From assembly GCA_010015585.1 (NCBI GenBank), contig ML975173.1: a DNA stretch of 41,964 nt. The stretch is one strand, 5' to 3'. The position numbers were made by a program, and so were the translations under genes. This DNA is from Eremomyces bilateralis CBS 781.70 (taxonomy: Eukaryota). Shown here one piece after another: positions 1 through 11,697 of the stretch (positions within the stretch are counted from its first letter, which is position 1; each line of letters begins with the position of its first letter). The notes under the pieces were generated by a model. That model was not told where the DNA came from. It was given only the letters and a program-made list of their open reading frames with translations, and did no database searches.

Positions 1-837
1 CCCCTTCTCTAACTGAGTGCCGCGGAGTCCATCCCGAGTGGTGGTATATTCCATACCAAGGGCACCATTCGCAGCCGGCAAAGGAAGAAATCGGGAACCC
101 AATCCATGCCGCGAGATTCGAGGAATCGAGGTCCTGGGAGTTCGAGAGAGAAAAGTATTCCGCCAGTCCAAGCCAGTCGTCGAGAATTGCCATTGCCGGT
201 TTAAGGGGATGCACGAAACCATCTGTCGTCCCTCCCATTCCTCAATCGCTCCCGAGAACCAGTCAATCAGATGGTGAGCGTTCATGATGCTGTAATATCT
301 ACGTCGTACTACGCCTGTCGAGACTCGAGACTCGAGACTCGAGCGCACCCGTTCCAACTCCCCCACCACGGACGCCACTTCTGCTGTAACACCTGCAGGC
401 TGGAATCTCCCCGCCAGCAACTATGCCACCCGGGGGGCGGAGGGGGGAAGGCCAAGGCTTTTGAGGTATTCTTATGGGAGTACTCAAGTCTCGAGGGCTG
501 GTGGGATAATACTCCCTATTGCTGTCAGCGGCAAATGATGCCTGGACTCTGGAGGGGCAGCCGATGGGATTATTCCGTACTGTGGGCAGTATTCCGTAGA
601 AAGGGTGTATCAGATGCTCTCAGTGCAGTCACAACTCGCAAGCATCTGATCCATGCCCTTGTCCATGTCATTCATTCATCGAGAAAAACGCCACTCGCGC
701 GGATGAGGAATTGAGGATCCACCACAGCGCAGCACAGCAGTCTGGCCTGGTGTAGGTGTAGGAGAAACAAAGTTACGACTTACGAAGATCGAATAATGTA
801 CTAGACTCGACCATCCACACTAAACAAAGTAATACCA

Positions 838-878
838 CACTAATCCATAACACTAATCCATAACACTAATCCATAACA
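838..878. repeat. 13-bp tandem repeat (CACTAATCCATAA) x3
   Basis: Three exact copies at 838, 851 and 864 plus a partial copy, upstream of the ABC transporter leader. Confidence 0.9.
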
Positions 879-1438
879 AACTAAATGTAAGTATCTACCT
901 GTACCAATTGCAATTGCCTCCGTAGACTTCGCCTCTAAACCGCCTCCAACACCAACTCTCCATTGCCTACCACTGCACGTCTGCACCGTCCGTCTTTCAT
1001 TCTCAATTCTCACTCCTCTTTCTTTCTTCCTCCTTCCTTCTATCTTCCTTCTCCTCATTCCTCTCCTCCTCCCCACTTCACTCACTTGCAAATAGTGTGT
1101 TTCCTGCCGTAGTCTGTTCCACCGATTCGAGATCGTCTTGGGATCCATGGCGAGTCTTTGACCACCCCTCCAGCAGGTCACACCTCGTTTTATCCTCTCC
1201 CCCAATTCTTCCCGATCTCGAAACGCCTACCTCGGGATTGTCCAATTCCTAACCCTTTATACTCTCTGTGCGACCAGATCCGTTCCGATCTTGCGTTGTC
1301 GTTAGATTCCTGCTCCAAGAGTTTGGCTCCTACCGCACTCAGCGTGAGACGTGTGTACTCGGATCGACGCCACTCGTTGACCCCTCCCCACCGACGACGA
1401 TCGCTTCTATACTTCGACCGGCGATATACTCGGACAAG

Positions 1439-4397
1439 ATGGCCGAAGAATGCAGACGGATCGACGACCCCTTTCTCCTCGTCGTACTTCACTATGCCTC
1501 CCCGATAATCCTCCTGTTCTTCTTCCTCGTCGCCTTCAGTCTCAACAGTATCTACACCACACCGAAGGCCACACCACCTAATCTTAATCGTAATAACTCC
1601 TATGGAAGCGTCAATGAAGTCCTGAAAGGCCCGGGCGGCAAGGCCTTACCGGCTAGATCGCCCAATCGCAGCACCAGCCTGGACCCGGTGGACAATGACA
1701 TCTCGAAGAACAAGAAGCTGCTATTCGAATGGTTGTCCGTGGCATTGGCTCTCACCTTTGCCGCAAATACGACCGTGGTCATCATCCGTGCGCTGTACTG
1801 CAGAATAGAGGAATGGTGGTGCGGTCAGAGTGTGGTGGTAAGTCTCGGAGAGTACATGCGGGCAATCTAAATCCCTTTGCGATGCTAATCAAACTCTTTG
1901 CAGATTTACCTCATCGGTTCGTTCTTCATTTACGCCCTCTTCATCATTTCCATCCTCGATACACGACTATCTCCATCCAACGCCCACCTGGCTACCTGGA
2001 GTCTTTCTCTGGTCCTCGAGATCACGATTCTCGCCTTATACATCGATCAATACAGGAAGAGCAGCGACAACAGCCTCTGGAGTATTTCGGCATCAGGGAA
2101 ACTCGACATCGGGTCATGGGAAGGGATCGAGATCGCTATCGACCTCGTGCGCATCCTCCTACTGATTGCTCTGATTGTCTTCTATTTCACCCTCATCACA
2201 TTCTGTAAACCATCGTACAAACGCGGCACCAATCGTACTCACGCCTCATCATCGGAAACCCAGGGTCTACTCGATGCCGAACACCAAAATGGGCACGCAA
2301 ACGGCAGTACCACGACATATGGTGCGACTCATCCGGTTGGAGGCAAACCCCCTCACGCGGAAGGCGAAGCACCGGCTTGGACTCGTCCAGACAAAGTGCC
2401 GTCTCTAAACTGGTGGGAATACCTACGCGGCTATTCCGTGTTCTTCCCTTACTTATGGCCATCCAAGGATCGTCGACTCCAGATCTGCGTGGTCCTCTGT
2501 TTCCTGATCGTGGTCTCCCAACGATTCGTACAAGTCCTCGTGCCCATCCAAGTCGGCACGATTACCGACATCCTATCCGGCGAACAGGGGGAAATTCGCA
2601 TGCCTTGGGGTGCGATCTGCTTGTATGTTTTCTTGCGACTTCTCCAGGGCAGCAATGGCCTTCTGGGCGCGGCTCGTGCCACTCTTTGGATCCCTGTGAG
2701 CCAGTATTCCTACCGTGAGCTTTCCGTGGCTTCCTTCGAGCATGTGCATACCCTGTCTTTGGACTTCCATCTCGGCAAGAAAACGGGTGAAGTCCTGTCC
2801 GCGCTGGGAAAAGGAGCCAGCATCAACACGTTCCTCGAGCAAATTACGTTCAGTATTACACCCATGCTGGTCGATTTGTGCGTTGCCATCGGGTACTTTT
2901 TGATTGCCTTCGATGCCTACTATGCTCTTGTGGTGGCAGTGGTGACGTTTTGGTACATTTACCTCACCATTCGCATGGCTCAGTGGAGAGCGGAAATCCG
3001 ACGTCAGATGGTCAACGCTGATCGTGAAGAGGATGCAGTCAAGTACGTTTTTCCTGCTCAAACGTGTAAGCAATCGCTGACCTAGCACCAGAAACGACTC
3101 AATGGTGTCATATGAGACCGTGAAGTACTTCAATGCGGAGCCATACGAATACAACCGATATCGTCAAGCCGTCCTCAAGTTCCAGAGCGCCGAATACAAA
3201 GTTCTGTATTCGCTGAACTTGATGAATGTCACCCAGAATATGGTCTTCATGATCGGATTGATGGTTGCATGCTTTATTGCTGCATTCCAGGTCACCACCA
3301 ACCAACTGAGGGTTGGGAAGTTCGTCACCCTCCTTACCTACATGGCGCAGCTCCAGCAACCTCTCAATTTCTTCGGCACTTTCTATCGGATGATCCAGTC
3401 TGCCATGATCAACTCGGAACGAATGCTGGAACTCTTTAAAGAGCAGCCAACCGTCATCGATCGTCCGGATGTCGGGACCCTGGAAAAATGCCATGGCGAC
3501 CTGTCGTTTAATGGCGTTCATTTCCGCTACGATACTCGCAAACCGGCCCTCCAGGGTCTGACTTTCCGCTGCGCGCCCGGAACGACGACCGCATTCGTAG
3601 GAGAGTCGGGTGGTGGCAAATCGACCGTGTTCCGTCTGCTATTCCGTTTCTACGATGTTGAGTCCGGTTCCATCTGTGTCGATGGCCATGATGTCACCGA
3701 CATCTCCATCGACTCTCTCCGCCGTCACATCGGTGTCGTCCCTCAGGATACTGTCTTGTTTAATGAGACGCTGATGTACAACCTCAAATATGCGAAACCT
3801 GATGCGACGGACGAGGAGGTGTACCAAGCATGCAACGCGGCGTCCATCCATGAGAAGATCCTTACGTTCCCGGATGGGTATCAGACCAAGGTTGGCGAAC
3901 GTGGACTTCGCCTGTCCGGGGGTGAGAAGCAGCGTGTCGCTATTGCACGCACCATCCTGAAAGGGCCTCCCATCATCCTCCTCGACGAAGCCACCGCCGC
4001 GCTCGACACCGAAACCGAGCAGCATATCCAGGACGCGCTGACCACCCTTTCGCAAGGCCGTACCATGCTGGTGATCGCCCACCGACTCAGCACGATTACC
4101 CGGGCCGACCAGATAGTCGTTCTCCACGAGGGTCGGGTGGCGGAGAATGGAACACACGAGGAGCTGTTGGCCAAGAGAGGCCGATATGCGAACATGTGGA
4201 AGAAGCAAGTGCGTGCGCAGCGGGCGGCGGAGGAAGCGCGTGAGAAGCAAGAAAAGGCCGAAAAGTTGCGGCGAGAAAGCTATACCGGTACGCGTGAGGG
4301 TGGGGAAGAGAGTCAAAGTACGAGCGAGGACGAGGCGATCGAGGTGCATACCGAAACGCCGCTCAAGATCGGCGAGGGGAAACGAGCGGTGCAGTGA
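1439..4397 (+). CDS. HMT1: Heavy-metal tolerance ABC half-transporter (HMT1/ABCB6 family)
   Basis: Exons 1439-1837, 1904-3042, 3092-4397 with canonical GT-AG introns. Extra N-terminal TM domain, ABC TMD (FHLGKKTGEVLSAL), Walker A GESGGGKST, signature LSGGEKQR, Walker B ILLDEAT, H-loop IAHRLST. Confidence 0.92.
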
Positions 4398-6284
4398 GGG
4401 GCGGAACAGGCGGTACGAAAACCCGAGCGACTACACGACATGAATTACGATCTACGGGACTGATGACGGGCGATTTAATTCCTGATGGGGAATTGGGAGG
4501 CAAGATCAACTTAATTCCATTCGACGTCTACCTTGAGAATCCTTCTTCTCTACGTTGATATTCCCCATTCCGGTTCACACTACTTCACTTTTCGGCTTTT
4601 GCATGGCGAGGCGGAGTTTTTCGGTTCAGCAATATTCTTCCGTGGCTCTTCAGCGGTGCTATGGATTCCTTCTTCAACTTACCTTCTCATCCCCTCCCAC
4701 CTCTCACGCACCCGATCCTGCGGGCTTATCATGAACCCCCGGTTCTATGAAGGTCACAAAGATCTCTATAGCATTCCTATCCTCCTCTCCTCTTGCACTG
4801 TTGGGATTTAGCAATTCTTTTCTTTTCGACGCGATGTCGTGAATCATTCCGCCCCCGAAAAATTCGGAGGCTTAATAGGACTGGCAGATCCAGTCTGGAC
4901 CCCGGAACGGTTAATTCTTCTCGGCTTTTCATACCGTCCACTGGTCGATTTCCCCTGACGGCACCGCCAATAACGCCGATTGTTCTTCAGAAGGACAACA
5001 GGACTTTCGGGTTACACGGATGGTCCCGGGTGGTGATATAGTGCGTTCTTTTCTGCAAGAGTTTCTTTTCAGTGCTCTGGAAAAGTCAATATTGTGGCTT
5101 CGTTGCGTTTTGGCAGCAATCGTGGGTGGCTTTACTCGGGCATCGTTCCTACAAAAGCACATCTGCTACGGCGATCCTTGGACTGCAATAATTACGCGGG
5201 TGGTATGGACGGCGGCAGGTGCTCTGTGCGAGCAACGACGGTGGAAGGGACACTTACAGCGGCACGGCATACAGGAACGAGTCTATGATGGGGCACGGCA
5301 AAGATCTCTCTGCATTATCGAGTCGGATTAGAAAAAAGCACCAGATAGCACCATTATTCGAGGTTGCTAGACCTCCCGTCACAGCAATGTGGATGAGTTA
5401 TGGAATCCGGGGTCGTTAGCCCTTGTTTGCATACATAGAAGGCGTCGTCTCATGAACTTTTAGGTTACATGAGCGATACCGTGTATAGTGTATAGAGCTA
5501 TCTGGAAGGAGAGTGCAGAGACAGGTGGTGGAGAAATTGCGTCGTGACGGTGAAGGGGAGCTGCAAAAGCAATCAAGAATTCGGACATGTCAATAGACCC
5601 TTGCATTGATAACTATCTCAACCTGATTATTCCGAGATGCTCCTCTCTGGCATGAAACCCACCACGTAGTTCAGCCGCCTCATCTGATAATCCTTATGAC
5701 TGGAATCTCCATTCAAATCACGAGAAGATTCGCAGCATCGGCCATGTCTCGCCCGTATCTGTGCCTCGGACCGCAATTCTTTGGTCAAGAAGCCCATCAG
5801 AGGCGAACCACGCCAACGAATCGGGCGACACAATCCCACAGACGGGGTTCATGCTTCCATCCTCGTTGACACGGCTTTTGCTCTGCAGTCGAAATCTCCA
5901 CTTCCTGTGCCATTGGGGAATGGTTGGGCGAGGAAGCATTGAGTGACCGCACAGGCGCGATGAGAAATGAAACGATACACGTACATAGCAAGGTACGAAA
6001 ACTGGATGTGAACTCAATATGAGATTTTTGAATTGCCCGAGGATCTTCGCGTTTAACGCCTGGAAGTGTCTAATCGTGGAAGAATTGATAGACTCCGACT
6101 CCATTCATGCCGTTGTGATGGCTATAATGTGCCGCTTTCCTGTCCTCCGCCGGGTACGCAAGACAGCCACGCACGACGCCCGTCGCGGGGGTGTTCCTCC
6201 CAACTGCATCAGTCCTGCCATCCCCTCCATCCGTCCTTCCCCCCCCACCACATCCGTCCTTCCGTCCTCATCCCCCTTTTCCGT

Positions 6285-6617
6285 TTATCGGCTCGCGCTC
6301 CACACGCCCTTGAGGAACCCGTCCCGCTGCGCCAATCGGTTGACGCAGTCGTCGCCCTCGCCCATGGCGCGCACGAAGCCGCAGAGCGCGTAGGTCTGGT
6401 TGTCGCCGGTGTAGCGGCCGTTCTCGTCGACCTTGCCGACGCTGAGCTGGACGGAGGCGTGGTCTTTCGCTTTGATGATGCGGTTGGTGGCCGAGCACTT
6501 GCGGGGGACGTAACTGCGAGGTTTGCGTGGTCAGTTGGGTTTGGAGATAGGGGATGGGGGGTGTGGTGGGGGTGAGGGAACGTACAGGTCGACGAGTTCG
6601 CCGCGTTCGTTCTCCAT
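6285..6617 (-). CDS. RPS21: 40S ribosomal protein S21 (eS21)
   Basis: Exons 6617-6586 and 6513-6285. Spliced product [47 protein letters not shown]...LKGVWSASR*. Confidence 0.97.
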
Positions 6618-6793
6618 GGCTGCGAGGTGTGAAGATGAGGTTCTTGAGGATTGAGATTGAGCGACGGAGCAGATGTGCAGGCGGTTTGGAGATTTGGCGT
6701 TGCTGTCGTTGTCGGTCGAACAAGAAGTTTGAGTGGAATTTAGCGAAGTGCGTTGTGGCGCAGGTGGGTCAGGTGACCAGTGGCAAATCCACA

Positions 6794-6803
6794 CAGTCAC
6801 GTG
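6794..6803. promoter_or_regulatory. Homol-D-like/E-box element (CAGTCACGTG) upstream of RPS21
   Basis: About 180 bp upstream of the RPS21 ATG. Resembles the Homol-D box (CAGTCACA) of fungal ribosomal-protein promoters. Motif match only. Confidence 0.5.
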
Positions 6804-8532
6804 CCAACGCCCAGACTTTCCAATCTCCTTGTCTTTTGATTGGCTGGATGGATCCTGAATGGCATATCGGCTCCACGCATTGAAGTTGATCATCAACCTC
6901 ACCTTCTCAATCATCAACGACAATGCGACGCACCCTAAGATGAACGGTTGATCTAGTTACGTTAATCGATCCAGATGCTACATTTAGAGACCTCTGCTGT
7001 ATGTTCAATGATCCTTCATCTTCCTTTGGATTTGCTTGAGTGAAATCGCCATGCCTCAGGCTTCTCGAGTCCTTCACATCTGGACAATTGGACTCAAGCA
7101 TCATATCTCACTCCCGCTTGCGATGCCGGCACATACGAGATTGAGGTAGCTCCTGCTTCTCGGAGTTCGATTTTCCTACTCCAAGCCGGGACTGTAGAAG
7201 GGCAAGCCCATCCATGCAATGACATGGCAACAATGGTCCAGGTAGTGAACAGAAGGGGCAACTCGTCTAGCAATGCAAGACGCCTCAAGAAGTCAATAAA
7301 GAACTTGTTACCGTCTTCATACTGTGCCTCTTCCGCCTTCGAGTAGCATCTGAGCCCTACAAACTCTATCCTCACGCTACTATCTACTACTATCTAGACT
7401 ACTGCTTCCTCAACTGCCCTAAGTTACCACCACCGCGACCTCGGCATATCCTCCCCTTCGGTTTTCAGTTCTCATCCCAATCAGCGAACCTCTCTTGATC
7501 GAACCCAAGTCCATCCTCGATGCCTGTCGGCCTTCCCGGCGATCTTCCCGTCGAATCCCGCCTCCGCCGCCTCCGCCACCGCTTTACCCGTCGCAAGTGG
7601 CGCCACAAGGCCAAGAACGGTGGCCGGGTCGTTCCAAAGGTTCGAATCCGCAAGCCCCTTGGACCGGCGACTTACGGCGTTAAAGTCCCCCGCTTCCACC
7701 GGGCGAGAACGCCGCTCTAAACGTTGGGCGCGGACGCGGACGAACAAGGTCGTGAATCGGGGGAGGGACGGGCAAAGGTCGGCGGATCGGGGGTATGCGT
7801 ATGGGAGCGGAGCTCAGGATTCTTCGTACCTTGGAGTCGGGGCGTCCTTGTAACGGAGAAAGTCAATAGAAGAGAGGTTGAAGATTGGCTCAGGCAATTT
7901 CACCATCGCACTCCTAGCACATGGTTTACTTCCTGGGATGGCTGGGCTTTTTGGCTTATCCGAATGTACACGAGTGTCCCCTAGAGACGAGGATTTTCTG
8001 CTCGCCCTAGAATACTGATGGATTAGGACTATTTATATACAAATTCCAATTACTCCGCCTCAATTCCCTTCTCTGATAGCTGTAGCTGTGCAGACAGACG
8101 AACATGGTGATGCCCCTAGTGGGGGTCACTTGCAATAGCACTCGATTCCCTGGCAAGGTCCATCTCAAATCCAGTTAGGACTTGACCCGGACGTTTGGTT
8201 CAACCTGAATCTTGGATAAAATATTAAGTTCAGATACCACCCATGGTACTTTAACTGGTCGGCATAACGTCCAATAGGAACCTCTGCCATCAGGACCTGA
8301 CCGGACATAAGCCAGGTATTCAGCCGCATAAGATACTTAGTGGTGTCGTCACTTGTCAGGCCACTGCATGAACCAGCCCTGCGCCATGTATTAACGGTAC
8401 ATAAACCTGCCGCTCTGCTCCGAGCGAGACATTAGAATTTAGACGCCCCAAATCCATCGCGGTATTCCTCAAAACCGGAATTCCATAATTCGAACTAATA
8501 ATTACCGACCTTCTAAACACAGCTGCGCTACA

Positions 8533-9245
8533 ATGGCCGATCGAGTCCAAATTGAGGGCTCCCTCCTCATCAAGCTCGCACAGCTGGTCGGGATTGCCGG
8601 TGGTGCTCTCGTAACAGGTTGGGCCACTGTCTTTATAAACCCATTGTTCATCTATTCTAGTATTCCAACTAACATTGCATCGTAGCAATCAGCGGGGGTG
8701 CCTCGTTTATGCTCGTCCCTGCATTGAAAGCCGGTCCCGCTTCCGTGCTGGTTAGGCAGTGGCGAGTCGCATATGGAATCGGCGCGCGATCCGCACCGCC
8801 TATTTCCATCGTGACATCCCTTGCTTGGGCGTATCTCGCCTCGAAAGGTGGGTTCTCAAAGCTGCTCTCTATCCCTGCGGAACCGCCCTTCACGACTCGC
8901 ACTCCTGTCTTGAAGAATCGATGTCACCGAAGCTAACCTCTCCCAGCGCGTCACCATCCCGCGACCCCCTCGGGGCCCTTCACGTTCTACACCCTCGCCG
9001 CGGTGCTCGGCCCGGCCATCGTGCCGTACACACTGGTGGTGATGAAGTCCACGAACGGGCGGCTGAGCGAGCTGGCCGCGGCGGCGGACAAGGCGAGCGA
9101 GAAGGTCCAGGAAAAGGAGGCTACGCAGTTGATCGAGAAGTGGAAGTGGTTGAATGCGGTGAGAGGCGTGTCGGTCTTTTCCGCCCTGATGTGCGGTGCC
9201 TATGCGATTGTGACATGGCCCGAGATCGCGATTTGGGCGGCGTAG
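8533..9245 (+). CDS. DUF1772 / anthrone oxygenase-like membrane protein
   Basis: Exons 8533-8617, 8686-8847, 8947-9245. Family-like motifs RQWRVAYGIG, IVPYTLVVMKSTNGRL and LIEKWKWLNAVRG. Confidence 0.8.
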
Positions 9246-9783
9246 GAATAGGCTAGGGATAGCTATTGGCGTTCACGTTCATATGCGAATAATTCATATC
9301 CCGAGTATCCACCGCCAAGTCCGCCATTAGATATGTCTGTTGGTGCGGTTTAATTGCCTATTGACAATGATGGGTATGTTCCTCGTCCATGCTACCATGC
9401 TGGATGCTATATGTCCAATATTATCCACAGGCAATGAACATGTACCAGTACGGAATACTCTGGAATTACACGTATCGTGTATTGCGTATTTATCCTTCGT
9501 GCGAATATATACTCTCGTCCAGTCTGGTTCTATTGAAGATGTTCAGTTGTGGCCTCTTGCCTCGTGCCTCAGCCTCGTGCCTGATAATATCAGGCGTCAA
9601 GGCACCCAAGCGGACCCCTGTCGCCCGAAGAGACCACGCATCGACAATTCGACATCACCTTAACTTCCATACACAAGTTATCAACATACCCGTTCAAGCT
9701 ATCCGAGCATCCCAACGCTTGTCTCAATGCTCGTCATTCCCAAGTCCCGCTAAATCGCATCTCAGCTCCTTATTCCACCCGAC

Positions 9784-11439
9784 ATGCGGGCCCACGCTCT
9801 TTTCCTTTCCCTCCTTCCCCTGGTCCCGTTCGTGACCTCCAGATCGACGGCCTCAACATCGGACATCCTCCCGGCGAACTTCCAGCCGCCACAGGTATGG
9901 GTGAACGCGAACCAAGTGCGGACCATTAATTTGGAGAAGTCATACCCGCGGGAGGCAATCAATACGGTCATTGAGAATGTCTCGGACGACCCTCAGACGG
10001 AGTATTACTTGCCGTTTGCTGGGGATGTGATAGCGAACGTAGGCGGACTGCAGGTGAAGGACAAGAAGGATCCATTGAAGGAAGGATTCAGCGCTGAACT
10101 GGTGGAACTGGACTCGGAAAGGTAGAAATGAACATTCCAACCTTCAAGTCACGTCAACTAACCCGCAGCCATAGCTCCACGCAATACTACCGCCTGACGC
10201 TCCCTCCCGTCGCCCCCAAGTCCTCTCTCACTCTCTCCATAACCTACACCCTTCTCTCCACCCTCTCCCCTCTCCCCGCCAAAATCCCCCAAGCATCCCC
10301 CCAGCACCTCACCTACTCTCTCAGCGCCTACATCCCCTCCGCCTACCCCACCACCAAGCAGCGCACCCGTCTCCGGTTCCCCTCCACCCGCGTCCCCGAC
10401 TTCACCACCGTCCCTCGCCCCGCCACCGCCGACACCCCCGAAGCCCTCGACCCCGACCGCCAAGGCCCCACCTTCACCTACGGCCCCTATCCGCCCCTCC
10501 CTGCCGGCGCCGCCCACCCCATCACGGTGCGCTACGAATTCACCAAGCCCATCCCCTCTGTCTCGCTCCTCGAGCGCGATCTCGAGGTCTCCCACTGGGG
10601 CGGCAACCTGGCGACCGAGGAGCGCTACTGGCTGGAGAACCACGCGGCGGCGCTGCGAGAGCAGTTTTCGCGGCTGGAGTATCAGAAGGAGGGATATTCG
10701 ACGACGGCGCAGTCGTCGGCGCTGAAGGAGGTGCGGCGGCCGCTGGCGCCGGGGGCGGGGAACCCGTACTTTACGGATGCGATTGGGAATATCTCGACGA
10801 GTCGGTTCCGGCCGGGGGATGTGGTGGCTAAGCGGGACGCGAGCTGGGAATTGAAGCCGCGGTTTCCGGTGTATGGGGGGTGGAAGTATGCGTTTAAGAT
10901 TGGCTGGGATGCGGATCTCAGTGCGTATATAAGGCGAATCGCGAGCGGGTCGGACCATTTTGTGCTGAAGGTGCCATTCCTTGAGGGGTTGAAATTGGAC
11001 GAAGGATTGCAGTACAAGAGGGCGGTGGTCCGAGTTATCCTGCCAGAAGGAGCAAGGTGAGATTGAGTATCTATTCCGTCTTTGTGGAGTCATATTGCTA
11101 ACCTAAGTCCAGGGACATTAACTTTGCGACGGCTGTCCCACTTGCAAACGACGAGATCACCATTCACAAGACTTTTATGGACACGCTCGGAAGACCAACG
11201 CTGCAGCTGACCGCGGTGAATATCGTAGATGAGTGGAGGGACAAGGACTTGATTGTATGTTCACCTCCCAGCCATTCGCCATCGAGTTTCTGTTAACGCT
11301 TTTTCAGGTCACGTACACCTATCCCTGGACCGCCGGCTACCGCAAACCGTTGACGATCGCGGCGGCCATGATCAGCGTGTTCATCACGGTGTGGATCGTC
11401 GGTAGTCTGGACGTCAGCATTGGGCGGAAAACAAAATAA
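9784..11439 (+). CDS. OST1: Oligosaccharyltransferase subunit ribophorin I
   Basis: Exons 9784-10121, 10175-11056, 11113-11254, 11308-11439. Signal peptide, LERDLEVSHWGGNLA, YFTDAIGNISTSRFR, KPRFPVYGGWKY, VILPEGA, TFMDTLGRP, C-terminal TM. Confidence 0.95.
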
Positions 11440-11697
11440 GGTCGAGAGGATTGGCCCGGAAAGGTCTTGTGTTGAGTTAGTTCCACCACTACGTCCTGGA
11501 AGGATAGGATGTGAGCAGCGAAAACCATACATTTTCAAAATGGGTCAGGGAAGGGCGTGCGAGCAAGTTTTGTTATCTGTACATTTGGTGGCGTCTAGGA
11601 TATTCAACAGTATTGACGGATCTCGCACTATCTTACAACTTCTCCATGACGTCCTATGCTATGCCTATACGAATAATTCCAAATGTTTCCGTTATCC

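Noticed and set aside
1..720. Short ORFs and a CTCGAGA x3 repeat at the window start
   Set aside because: No coding signature; most likely intergenic or promoter sequence.
838..878. Short tandem arrays (also 35575-35604) as CRISPR repeats
   Set aside because: No spacers, eukaryotic context and no cas genes.
5718..6104. Minus-strand ORF with a possible intron (GTACGT...CACAG) downstream of RPS21
   Set aside because: No codon bias, no clear branch site and no recognisable protein; not supportable.
7639..7649. tRNA T-loop/B-box-like GGTTCGAATCC
   Set aside because: Only 2 bp of T-stem can form, and no acceptor stem or D-arm could be built around it.
7682..7713. RNase MRP-like motif AAAGTCCCC...GGCGAGAACGCC
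   Set aside because: Resembles CR-I/P8, but the loop is not a proper GARAR pentaloop and I found no matching downstream CR-V (GGGGCTYA-like). An Infernal scan would settle it.
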